Assembly: GCA_963753435.1 (NCBI GenBank)
Contig: CAVWCF010000001.1
Coordinates: 922,711 to 986,710 of the forward strand
From: an uncultured Actinomycetota bacterium
GTDB lineage: Bacteria > Actinomycetota > Actinomycetes > CAVWCF01
Length of the DNA stretch: 64,000 bases
Direction: 5' to 3'
Made by a program: the position numbers and the translations under genes. Each line of letters starts with the position of its first letter. The stretch's first letter is position 1. Below are positions 29,554 to 38,531 of this stretch, in pieces. Below the pieces are notes generated by a model. The model saw only the letters and a program-made list of their open reading frames with translations. It was not told the origin of the DNA and made no database searches.

Positions 29554-31665
29554 TTAGGCGCGCATCGCCGCCAGCAGGGCCGCATCTGAGACGGGAGCCT
29601 TGGCGCCTACGGCCACGACCTCCTGGACTCCCGGCGTCGTCTGCAACCACACCGAGGCCGCCCCCGGCAGACCACCGGGCTGAGTCAGCAGCACCAGTCG
29701 TCCCCACGCCCCCGCGGGAAGGGCGTCCACCAGGTGGGCGTCGACACCGGCAGCCAGCAACACCGGGGTCGTCGGAACAACGGAACGGAACGCGCGGGCC
29801 ACTTCCGAGGCGGTCTCAAACCGGTTCGCGCCGTTGGCCCGCCACGCCTTCGGCAACTGCGCCGCCACTGCAGTTCCGACCTGAGCGGTTCCGCCGACGA
29901 TGGTGGCCGCAACCGGGCGGATCACATCCAAGACCTGACGCGTCGGCGTCGGAACCCCGTCGCGCGTTACCAACAGGATGGGACGACCGGAGCCAGCAGC
30001 CGCGCCGCCGGCCCCCAGCGCATCCGCCAAGGCCGTGCCGTTGACAACAAGTACCGGTCGGCCCTCGGGCACGCCCATCGCCCGAGCCACTGCCGCAGCG
30101 GTCTCGTACCGATCGGCACCGGCCAACCGCACCACCTTGGTGACGCCAGCCGCGGTAAGCCCGGCCACCACGGCATCGCTCAGTGCGCCGGTGCTCCCGA
30201 TGACATAGGCGGTGCGCGCCCCGCGCCGCTTGAGCTCGGACACTGTGACCGACGGCAAACCGCCCGCACGGGCCAGCAGCAGCGGCGCGCCTAGAGATTT
30301 CGCCAATGGCGCCGCGACCATGCCGTCGACCAGGTGCTCGGTCTCCCCGGAGGCGATGACCACCGTGGCTCCGGTGGGTACAGCCGCCTTGGCAACAGCC
30401 ACCGCGGTGGCGTACCGGTCCGCCCCGGCGACCCGGTCGCCCTGGCGCAACACCCACGTGGAGGGCAGCCCCAATGATGTGCGCAGCTTCTCGCCGGTGA
30501 TGCTCGCCGCCTTGCCGCTGGCCGACCATGCGGTCGCCCTCTTGACTCCGCCGCCGACGGTTCGGACGGACAGGTCCAGCCGGACTACATCCGGCAGTCC
30601 GAACGCGGCCGCCATCTTGGCCTGGCTGATTGATCGCGACCAGGCCCGGTATGGGTTGGATGACTCGGTTGCCCCAGGGTCTGCGACGCTGCGCAGGTAG
30701 GGCAACGCCGAGGACCAGACCTCTTCACTGTTCTGGGTGCGGCCGCCGCTGGAGGAGTAGTAGTAGGCGCTCACCGGCTTGCCGCCGTAGGCCACCACCT
30801 TGCCGGTAGTCGACCCCGTTGACGTGGCGTTCACCGCCGCGGTCCAAGCGCTGCCGTACGAGCCCGATTGCTTTGACCACCCGACGTAGACCTGGTCACT
30901 CGTCCCGTCGTAAAGGTGACAAGCGCAGGCCGAGCGGACGCCGGCGTTGTACTTGAGCACTGCGAAGGAACGCGCTGCGATCACCTGAGCCTGCAGAGCT
31001 GCGGCCGGCCAGGAGGAGGGCATCTCACCCAATCCGTACAGGTACTCGTCGCCGAGACGGAGGTTCACGACCACCTCGAGCTTGCCGCCAACCACCTGCG
31101 CGGTGACGAACCCATGGCGATACGTCGTGCCGTTGACGCTAATCAAGCTGGCGATGTCGCCGGTCGAGCCCGGGTAGCGGGTGCCGCCCCAGAGGAAGGT
31201 CACCTTGGCGCCGCTGCGGACCGTGCCGCCGTTGCGCTTGAGGACGACCGAGGAACCGCTAGGAGCGATCGTCCACGTGTCAGCGGCCGCCCCGACCATC
31301 CCCCAGGTGCCATCAACGCCCACGTGGATCTTGCCGCCGCCACTGGCCAGCGGTACCCCCTTGAGGGTCGCGGCCGAGGCCGCATGCAGGACGTTCACCC
31401 GCACAGTCATGTCGTCGCGCGCGGGCGCAGCGACAGCGCCGGTGTAGTAGTGGGCGACGATCTGGTCGGCGGACTTGCCAGCGGCAGCGAACGCCTTTGC
31501 CCCGTACTGCGACATGCCGACGCCGTGGCCGAAACCGGAGCCGTAGAGCGTGAATGTCGAAGGGGCACTGCCCGCTTGTGCGGCGGGAACCAGGAGTCCG
31601 GTGACCGACAGCGCCGTAACCGCCGCCAGCGCCCAGCCGGCCTTGATCGCGCGCGAGCCGATCAT
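29554..31665 (-). CDS. SpoIID/LytB-domain peptidoglycan lytic enzyme fused to three CWB2 repeats
   Basis: Signal peptide. SpoIID signature YGSGFGHGVGMSQYGA plus the second conserved block (YYSSSGGRTQNSEEVW). Three C-terminal CWB2 repeats (GADRYATAVAVA...; GADRYETAAAVA...; GANRFETASEVA...). Confidence 0.8.
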   Translation of the reverse strand: MIGSRAIKAGWALAAVTALSVTGLLVPAAQAGSAPSTFTLYGSGFGHGVGMSQYGAKAFAAAGKSADQIVAHYYTGAVAAPARDDMTVRVNVLHAASAATLKGVPLASGGGKIHVGVDGTWGMVGAAADTWTIAPSGSSVVLKRNGGTVRSGAKVTFLWGGTRYPGSTGDIASLISVNGTTYRHGFVTAQVVGGKLEVVVNLRLGDEYLYGLGEMPSSWPAAALQAQVIAARSFAVLKYNAGVRSACACHLYDGTSDQVYVGWSKQSGSYGSAWTAAVNATSTGSTTGKVVAYGGKPVSAYYYSSSGGRTQNSEEVWSSALPYLRSVADPGATESSNPYRAWSRSISQAKMAAAFGLPDVVRLDLSVRTVGGGVKRATAWSASGKAASITGEKLRTSLGLPSTWVLRQGDRVAGADRYATAVAVAKAAVPTGATVVIASGETEHLVDGMVAAPLAKSLGAPLLLARAGGLPSVTVSELKRRGARTAYVIGSTGALSDAVVAGLTAAGVTKVVRLAGADRYETAAAVARAMGVPEGRPVLVVNGTALADALGAGGAAAGSGRPILLVTRDGVPTPTRQVLDVIRPVAATIVGGTAQVGTAVAAQLPKAWRANGANRFETASEVARAFRSVVPTTPVLLAAGVDAHLVDALPAGAWGRLVLLTQPGGLPGAASVWLQTTPGVQEVVAVGAKAPVSDAALLAAMRA

Positions 31666-34025
31666 CGCGCGCTCCGAGCAGACAGGATCAGCACGCTGTC
31701 GGACACCGCCGCGGGGCCGCCGGCAATCGTGAGACTGCGAGCCCGGTCATCCAGCCATTGCTGCGTAGCCGATGGCAGCGCAGTCGGGGTGACCAGGACG
31801 ACCGATCGCCCCAGTGCCCCGGCGGCCAGCGCGTCAGCCAGGTTGGCCGTCATGCCACTGGCGACAACGGCCAAATCCGGCGCTGTTGCGAAGGAGAAAC
31901 CGTTGGCGACGGCGACCGCGGTTGCATAGCGGTCCGCCCCACCGAGCCGGGCGGCCTTGGGCAACTGGGTTCGCACCGTTTCCGAGATGACGCCAGTGCT
32001 GCCAATGACCGAAGTGGCCGTCGTGCCCAACGCGGTCAGCGCTTGCTTGGTTGCCGCTGGAACCTCGTTCTTGCGGGTCAGCAGGATGGGCCGACCGGAG
32101 GCCGCGGCCGGACCTGCTGCCGACAAGGCGTCGACCAAGGAGGCGTCCTCACCGGATGCAACCACCGCGGCCGTTCCGGTCGGCGCCAGCGCTTCGGCCA
32201 CCAGGCCGGCAGTTGCGAAGCGGTCGGCTCCGGAGATCTGAGTTACCGCGGCGCCAAGCGCGCGGACCTCGTTCAAAACCGTGGCCTGCAACGCGCCTAC
32301 CACGTAGACCTTGGTGGCACCGCGGCTGAGCAGTTCCGAGCGAACTGCTGGCGGGAGCTTGTCGTTGGCCGACAGCAGGACCGGTGCACCCAACTTCTTC
32401 GCGAGTGGGGCGACCACGAGCCCGTCGACGAGATTTCGCTGTTCACCGCTGACGAGGACGACGGTCTTCGCGCTTGGCGCCGCCTCGCGTCCCAGTGCCA
32501 CGGCCGTGGCCCAACGGTCGGACCCCCCGGACCGCGACGCATTCGGGCAGGCCAGGCTTGCCCCGGCACTCTTCAAGACCGTGTAGTAGTACTGCAGCGG
32601 ACGCGACGTGCTGCCGGAGCCGGAAGCTGTCAGCGTCAACCGGAACCGGCCGATGCCTGCGGACGCGCCGCTGTCGGTCTTGCCGTCCCACGGGATCAAC
32701 CACGAACCCGCCCCGGCGTCCCCCGACCAGGTGCGCACTGTGGCTCCCGCGCAGAAGTCCTCCACGCGCAGCTGCCAGGACTGCGGAATCGAGGATGTCG
32801 CGCGGATCCTGGCAACGGCCGACCCCAACACGCCCGAGCCGGAGTCGAAGCTCGGGTTGAACAGGGCGGCCCCGATCAGCGAACGGGCGGCGCTGCGAAT
32901 CGCCGACAGTTGGGAGAAGAGGTAGCGCCCCGGGCAGGCAGTGGAACCCACGTCGCGATGGGCCGCAAGCACCGGGATGGTCGCCTTCTGCCCGGCGGAG
33001 TACTTCGAAGTGCCGCCACCGCTGCTGGTCAAAGTCACCGAGCCAGTGGGGTCGCGGTGGAAAAGGTCCAGTTTCCAAGCAGCCACCCGCGATATCCCCT
33101 GCACCAGACCTGAGGTCGGAGAAGCGGTATCGAGGTTGCCGAGCGCAGCAATCGCGAAGGTGTCCGTGTTGAACCCACCGGTCGCGCCACTCTGCACGGC
33201 CTTGTCGACGCCACCGGCGCGACCCTCGTAGATGCGGCCCGCCTGGTCGACGAGGAAGTTATATGGGATGTCGGAGTAGCCACGGCTGTTAACCGAGTAC
33301 GCGTAGATGGCGCGAATGTCCTTGGCGGCGTCTGCCTGCGTCCAGCCCGACTTCTGCCAGTAGCTGTTCGACGACGCGGTGTGGTGCACGAAGCCGGCCC
33401 GGATCGTCGACATGTACTTGGGGCTGCCAGAGCGAAGCGACTCGTCAGCACCCCACTGGGCCCGGGACACGAATGCCGGGGTCGTTGCGGCTGCTTGCGC
33501 GCTGCTCACCGGAGTGGGAGTTATGGCGCCGTCGGCCGGCGAGGACCCGGGATCGATCAGTTCTACGCGAAGGTCCTTGGGCAACGCCTGCCCGCCGGCG
33601 ACAACACGCACCTGCACTGCGTCGGAGTCCGGAGCGAGCAGTGGCTCGGTGCCGCCTCTGGTGACCTGTTGGCCTTCCTCGCTGTTCGCATCCGGGCTGT
33701 CGTCGGACTGGTGTAGTTCGACCCACTCACCCCATTCGCCGCCGACCCGAGTCCGCACCTCGAACTCACTGCCGACCGGCTCGCGGCCGGACCAGGTGAT
33801 CCCGACGAGCCGGAACGGCTGCTCTGCCTCATGCGTGACCGTAGGCACAGACCCCGAGTCAGCGGCGAGCGAACTGGCTCCGGACGCCGTCAAGGAGACC
33901 TGCTCCACTACCGGGCTGACCGGTCGCGGCTTGGCCACGGCTGGCGTTGCCACTGGCAGGACCAAGACGGACCCGACGATGCCCGCTGCGGTGAGTGTGC
34001 TGAGCCAAATCCGTGGGGACAACAT
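31662..34025 (-). CDS. N-acetylmuramoyl-L-alanine amidase (Amidase_2/PGRP domain) fused to three CWB2 repeats
   Basis: Signal peptide MLSPRIWLSTLTAAGIVGSVLVLPVATPAVA. PGRP/amidase_2 block (FVSRAQWGADE...AGFVHHTAS...YNFLVDQAGRIYEGR). Three C-terminal CWB2 repeats. 4-nt ATGA overlap with the downstream SpoIID gene. Confidence 0.8.
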   Translation of the reverse strand: MLSPRIWLSTLTAAGIVGSVLVLPVATPAVAKPRPVSPVVEQVSLTASGASSLAADSGSVPTVTHEAEQPFRLVGITWSGREPVGSEFEVRTRVGGEWGEWVELHQSDDSPDANSEEGQQVTRGGTEPLLAPDSDAVQVRVVAGGQALPKDLRVELIDPGSSPADGAITPTPVSSAQAAATTPAFVSRAQWGADESLRSGSPKYMSTIRAGFVHHTASSNSYWQKSGWTQADAAKDIRAIYAYSVNSRGYSDIPYNFLVDQAGRIYEGRAGGVDKAVQSGATGGFNTDTFAIAALGNLDTASPTSGLVQGISRVAAWKLDLFHRDPTGSVTLTSSGGGTSKYSAGQKATIPVLAAHRDVGSTACPGRYLFSQLSAIRSAARSLIGAALFNPSFDSGSGVLGSAVARIRATSSIPQSWQLRVEDFCAGATVRTWSGDAGAGSWLIPWDGKTDSGASAGIGRFRLTLTASGSGSTSRPLQYYYTVLKSAGASLACPNASRSGGSDRWATAVALGREAAPSAKTVVLVSGEQRNLVDGLVVAPLAKKLGAPVLLSANDKLPPAVRSELLSRGATKVYVVGALQATVLNEVRALGAAVTQISGADRFATAGLVAEALAPTGTAAVVASGEDASLVDALSAAGPAAASGRPILLTRKNEVPAATKQALTALGTTATSVIGSTGVISETVRTQLPKAARLGGADRYATAVAVANGFSFATAPDLAVVASGMTANLADALAAGALGRSVVLVTPTALPSATQQWLDDRARSLTIAGGPAAVSDSVLILSARSAR

Positions 34026-34044
34026 TCCTCCGTCATTCCTCCGT
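34023..34044 (-). repeat. Perfect 11-bp tandem duplication covering the Shine-Dalgarno sequence and the ATG of the amidase gene (minus strand reads acggaggaatg acggaggaatg)
   Basis: Read directly: cattcctccgt at 34023-34033 and again at 34034-34044. Only the promoter-distal ATG (complement of 34023-34025) is in frame with the amidase ORF. Confidence 0.85.
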
Positions 34045-34168
34045 AGCGTTATCGCAGGCGCCAGCGGAAGCCGCCTCACCCATTTGGAGGTATCGGGCCC
34101 CGCCGCCGCGGACTTGAACACCCTGAGGCCTCCGCGCGCAGACACGCCAGAGGGCGGCCGAAAGGATC

Positions 34169-35401
34169 ATGGACGAGCGCCTACGGTGTTCCCCCGTGAG
34201 CTTCGGACGGACTCGACTTCCCCGGGTGGAGTCCCTCACCGGCCTGCGCTGGTTCGCCGCCTTCGCCGTCTTCGCTCACCACCTGAACAACTTCGCGCCC
34301 CTGCCGATCATCAAGGACATGGCGTTCGGTGTGACCGGCGTCACGTTCTTCTTCGTGCTCTCCGGGTTCGTGCTGACCTGGTCGGCGACCGCCAACGACA
34401 CCGCCGGCCGGTTCTACTGGCGCAGGTTCGCCCGCATCTGGCCGTTGCTGGCGGTGTCGACCCTCCTGGCGATTCCGGTCTTCTACGGCTCATCCGACAG
34501 TTTCCAGAAGCCGTTGGATTCCACGGCGCTGATCGGCATCGTCTTGTGCCTGCTCCTGCTGCAGGCCTGGTCGGACAACCCCGCCATCTTCTTCGCCGGC
34601 AACCCGGCCGCCTGGTCCCTGAGTTGCGAGGCGTTCTTCTACGCGATCTTCCCGCCGACCATCCGCCGAGCGATGCCGCGGGGAGTCCCGGCCATGCTGA
34701 TGGCCGCCGTCGGCCTCGTGATCGTGAGTTGGGCTCTCCTGTTGTGGCTGCGCTATGCACCACCGGACCCGGACTCACCGCTGCGCATCTTCTTCCGAGA
34801 GCCCATGTACCGGGTTCCGGAGTTCCTCTTGGGTGTTGTGCTTGGAGTGGCGGTTCGCGCCGGGTGGCGACCGCGCCTCTCGGTGCCCGCCGCGGTCGGG
34901 CTGGTCTTCCTCGGAATAGCCACCCTCGTCTTGTGGCGGCACAGCCCCGGCCTGACTGAGTCGTTCATGAAGCCAACTAGCGCCATGAATCAACTAATGG
35001 CGCCGCTGTACGGCCTACTGATCGTCGCCGTTGCCGTCCGCGACGTTCGCGGTGGTCAGTCCCGACTGCAAACCGGCTGGTTGGTCGCGCTGGGCAAGTG
35101 GTCCTACGCCTTCTACCTGGTGCACGCCACGGTGATCTACACCTTCCGCCTCGTCCTCGGCGTACAGCCTTCGTCGTGGTCCAACGTCGTATGGATCGGC
35201 CCCATGCTGCTGGCGTCAATCGCGGTTGCGGCCGCGTTGTACATATGGGTGGAGCACCCGACGGAACGGCGCCTGCGGGCCATGCTGCCGCCGCGGCCGG
35301 AAGAGCCCCCGACTGCCGACGACCCCGTTCCCGCTGCCACGACGACGGTTGCCGCTACGCGTGCGGACCCGGTCGACCGCGATGGCGGATCAGCCCGCTG
35401 A
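34169..35401 (+). CDS. Acyltransferase family 3 (OatA/OafA-like membrane O-acyltransferase)
   Basis: 10-11 TM helices. Conserved LRWFAAFAVFAHH start and the interior His/Ser pattern of the acyltransferase_3 family. 410 aa. Confidence 0.8.
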   Translation: MDERLRCSPVSFGRTRLPRVESLTGLRWFAAFAVFAHHLNNFAPLPIIKDMAFGVTGVTFFFVLSGFVLTWSATANDTAGRFYWRRFARIWPLLAVSTLLAIPVFYGSSDSFQKPLDSTALIGIVLCLLLLQAWSDNPAIFFAGNPAAWSLSCEAFFYAIFPPTIRRAMPRGVPAMLMAAVGLVIVSWALLLWLRYAPPDPDSPLRIFFREPMYRVPEFLLGVVLGVAVRAGWRPRLSVPAAVGLVFLGIATLVLWRHSPGLTESFMKPTSAMNQLMAPLYGLLIVAVAVRDVRGGQSRLQTGWLVALGKWSYAFYLVHATVIYTFRLVLGVQPSSWSNVVWIGPMLLASIAVAAALYIWVEHPTERRLRAMLPPRPEEPPTADDPVPAATTTVAATRADPVDRDGGSAR

Positions 35402-38038
35402 CCCCAACCCAAGGAAGGGCGCCAGAACAGCAGCGCTCTTCCTGCCATCGTGGAGTTCAGAGACGAATCTCAGCCCGGACGCCGCGGATGCGCGGACCTG
35501 CTCCGGATCGCTGAGCAGCGCCAGGAGCACCTGCTCGAGCGAGTCCGCATCCGCCTGAACCACTGGTAGCGGCAACGGCAGGCGGTCGCGAACCGACGCG
35601 GTCACGTTGCCGACAACGCACCTGCCCGCGGCCATCGCTTCGCAGGCCAGGACCCCGTAGGAGCCGATCGCGAATTGATCGAGCACGATGTCTGCAGCGG
35701 CCATGGCTGCGGGCATTTCCTCCGGTGGAACACCCTGCAGCCGCCGATAGGTGAGTACCCCGTCCGCCTCCAGGCGCTGAAGCAGCGAATCCACCCGGTC
35801 ACTGCCCTTGAGGGAAGACCGCGATGGGGCATGCAGCACCACCGGCGGCCCGTCGTGCTCCAACGGCGTTGTCGACGTTGCCCACATCTGCATGTCCACC
35901 ACCACCGGCAGCCACGTCGCGGTGGGCACGTCGTCCAGCAGGTCCGGCGTGGAAACAAAGACCGGCCCATCAAAGCTGTCGATGAGCGGCCGCAGCTCGG
36001 CCGTCACCCGGCTGAGCCGGGTGCTCAGTTCGCTGGTGGGGTCGGCGTACGGGGAGTGCAGATGCATACGACGGTGGCGGGCCGGGTCACGCACTTCCGA
36101 ACCGTGGAAGACCGCCGCGACCTCCAGGCCGTTGCTGCGCAGGGCTGCCGCATCGTCAGCGAAGGTGCGGCCATTGAGCAGCCCGGCGATCGGGCGCCCT
36201 GCTTCCAGCAGGACGTGGGTCGCGGTGTCGCAGAGGTGCGCGAAGTACTGCTGCTGCCACTGCAGATCCTTCGCGTAGGTGTCCGGCGAGATCCGCGTGT
36301 CCGCGGGGAAGTCCAAACCGCCCTTCTCCACGGCCAGCACCTCGGTCTGCACTTCGGGGTAGGCCCGGTGCACCGCCTGCGCCCACTGCCAGGCCTGCCC
36401 GGCCATGTTCGCCGGCCCAACGGCCAGGTGAGTCGCACCCGATGCCCGCCGGCCCGCCGCCGGTGTCGATTCCACCAAATCACCCGGATTGAGATCGGGC
36501 ACGCGGCCAAGGTCCGCCCAGTTCGCCTCCGGCAGCAGCCGGCGATACAGCTGCGCCAGTTCGGCTTCCTGCGCCTCCCAGGTGAGTGGCGCAAGCAGCG
36601 CAGCGTCGGTGACACGTTCTCGGTATTCGACGTACCCGGCGCGCACCCGGCCCACGGCGTCAGCCAGCGACCGCGGATCGTCCGCAACGTGCACCTCGCC
36701 GGTTCCAGTCTCGGCGAGGAACTCCGCTTGGGTGCGGCAGTCACTGGCCACGACGGGCAGCCCCGCGTGCAGGTACTCGAAGAGTTTGTTGGTCAGCGCC
36801 ATGTCGTGACTGCCGAAGTGCAGCAAGGGCAGCAGGCCGACATCAGCAGAGGACAGGAACGAAACGACGTCGCCAGGGGCTACCGGGTTGAGGAAGTGGA
36901 CACGATCCGAAACACCAACCGATGCCGCTTGCTCCCGAAGTCGCCGCACCGCATACGTGTCGTTGTGTGGCACACACACAACGGCCAAGTGCGCGTCGGG
37001 GAGTTGCGACAGCGCGTCGATGGCCGTCTGCACTCCCCGGGCCACCGTCACCCCACCGGAGTAGACGAGCAACAGGGTGTCCGCATCCAGACCACATTGC
37101 TCGCGGACGCCTTCCTGACGAGTTCCGCGGCGGCTCTCATCGTGGATCGGCGTGTTCAGGATCAGCGTCGGTTGCTGGCGTAACGAGTGCTCGCGCTGAA
37201 GCCGCGACGCGATCGCCGGGGAAACGGTGATGACTCCGTCGGCGCGGCGGATGAAGTCGGATTCCAGCGCCGCCCAAGCCGATCGCACTCGGGCGGTTCG
37301 TCCCCCGTACAGGCTCAGCCCGCGCACGTACTCATGCGCGTCATAAACCCAGGGTGTCTGCCTGCCGGCCCGTTCCGCCCGGACGGCGGCATTGGCGGCC
37401 ACCAGCAGCAGGTCGGCATCATGGGAATGGATCAGATCCGGCTGCAGCGAATCGATGACGGCCGCGTATGAGGTCTCGTAGTCGTACACCTGCGGTACCA
37501 CCCGACCCCAGACGACCGGCCACGTCAGCCGGGCCATCAACCCGTCGTAGGCACGCCAGGACTTCGTCCAGACCTTGGCGAAGCCGCGCTGCCCGGCTCG
37601 GCGGGCGCGCAACCACTGACCGCGCAACTGCCACCAGCGCCGACGCAGTCGCCGCCGCTCAATGCCGGCCCTGGTGTACTCCAGTCGCGCCCGGGCGCGG
37701 ACGGCCTGCTCCTCGGCGGGTGTTCGGTAGCCGACCAGGTTCGGCGGCCTGCGACGACGCCCGCGCGCGGCATTGCGTGCGTCCCGAGAGCGCCAGGAGA
37801 TGGGTATTCGCAGGACGGTTACTGGCCCCATGTTCCGGGTGCTGCGCCGACCATCCGAGGCGTACGCGATCAGCGTGACACGCGCGCCCAACCTGGCTGC
37901 CGACAGCGCCGTCTTGCGGATTCGGGTGTCCGCGGCGACGTCGTTGCCGGCCAGCATCACCACATGCGGTTGCACGGTCTCGCGGGCCACGTCCGGGTCG
38001 GTCACGTCGGGAAACCTATGCGGCGCCGCCGGGTCCAC
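35390..38038 (-). CDS. Large tandem GT-B glycosyltransferase (N-terminal GT4-like module plus a second GT-B module)
   Basis: 882 aa. Module 1 ends with the GT4 motif (LTNKLFEYLHAGLPVVASD...). Module 2 (from about HLAVGPANMAGQAWQWAQ) has a second GT-B C-lobe (VVLHAPSRSSLKGSD...ACEAMAAGRCVVGNV). Module 2 is paralogous to the C-terminus of the 39829-41694 protein. Confidence 0.65.
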   Translation of the reverse strand: MDPAAPHRFPDVTDPDVARETVQPHVVMLAGNDVAADTRIRKTALSAARLGARVTLIAYASDGRRSTRNMGPVTVLRIPISWRSRDARNAARGRRRRPPNLVGYRTPAEEQAVRARARLEYTRAGIERRRLRRRWWQLRGQWLRARRAGQRGFAKVWTKSWRAYDGLMARLTWPVVWGRVVPQVYDYETSYAAVIDSLQPDLIHSHDADLLLVAANAAVRAERAGRQTPWVYDAHEYVRGLSLYGGRTARVRSAWAALESDFIRRADGVITVSPAIASRLQREHSLRQQPTLILNTPIHDESRRGTRQEGVREQCGLDADTLLLVYSGGVTVARGVQTAIDALSQLPDAHLAVVCVPHNDTYAVRRLREQAASVGVSDRVHFLNPVAPGDVVSFLSSADVGLLPLLHFGSHDMALTNKLFEYLHAGLPVVASDCRTQAEFLAETGTGEVHVADDPRSLADAVGRVRAGYVEYRERVTDAALLAPLTWEAQEAELAQLYRRLLPEANWADLGRVPDLNPGDLVESTPAAGRRASGATHLAVGPANMAGQAWQWAQAVHRAYPEVQTEVLAVEKGGLDFPADTRISPDTYAKDLQWQQQYFAHLCDTATHVLLEAGRPIAGLLNGRTFADDAAALRSNGLEVAAVFHGSEVRDPARHRRMHLHSPYADPTSELSTRLSRVTAELRPLIDSFDGPVFVSTPDLLDDVPTATWLPVVVDMQMWATSTTPLEHDGPPVVLHAPSRSSLKGSDRVDSLLQRLEADGVLTYRRLQGVPPEEMPAAMAAADIVLDQFAIGSYGVLACEAMAAGRCVVGNVTASVRDRLPLPLPVVQADADSLEQVLLALLSDPEQVRASAASGLRFVSELHDGRKSAAVLAPFLGLGSAG

Positions 38039-38531
38039 CCGACAGCGCCTCGCGGTCGAGACCGGAGCGCAGGTCGGCGTTCGGACTCAGTCGGGCCAAG
38101 TGCCAGACCACGGGCCAGGCCGCTGCGGTCGTGGGGATGATCTGCGTCAACGTACCCGGGTCGATGGCGCGCAAGTAGTGCCTGCGGACAACGGCCCAGT
38201 CAAGCTGTGGCAGGACCGCTTCGACCGCCTTCGTGCCACGGAGGCCGGGCCACCAAGGAGCGGTTCGCAGCGGCGACTGCCGACGCACCAGCTTTGCCGC
38301 GACCGAGCGCGGATCTGCGGCCAACGGTGCGATCGGCAGTGTCGAGGGATAGCGGGCGGCGGTGTCGAAGACGCGCACACCTCTGGGCAGGTCCGGCCAG
38401 CCCTGCTTGTCGCGTCGAATCAACAACGCCTCCCCTCCAGCCCGTACTACTCGGCCGAGGTCGTTGACCATCTGCGGGCGTCGGTGGTCCTCGAGAGCGA
38501 CCACGAGAACCCGGGCTCGCGCCGCGTTCAC
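38016..38531 (-). CDS. Hypothetical protein, translationally linked between two glycosyltransferase genes
   Basis: 171-aa ORF whose ends overlap both neighbours by a few nt. No recognisable motif. It could be a degraded GT N-lobe fragment. Confidence 0.35.
   Translation of the reverse strand: MNAARARVLVVALEDHRRPQMVNDLGRVVRAGGEALLIRRDKQGWPDLPRGVRVFDTAARYPSTLPIAPLAADPRSVAAKLVRRQSPLRTAPWWPGLRGTKAVEAVLPQLDWAVVRRHYLRAIDPGTLTQIIPTTAAAWPVVWHLARLSPNADLRSGLDREALSGGPGGAA

Noticed and set aside
33379-34959. 526-aa plus-strand ORF overlapping the amidase start and the acyltransferase
   Set aside because: It is in a different frame from the acyltransferase-3 gene, whose TM-helix pattern is convincing. 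It is antisense to the amidase signal peptide.
35675-37183. 502-aa plus-strand ORF inside the 882-aa tandem glycosyltransferase
   Set aside because: It is antisense to a gene with GT4 motifs, and its Arg/Pro/Gly-rich translation has no features.
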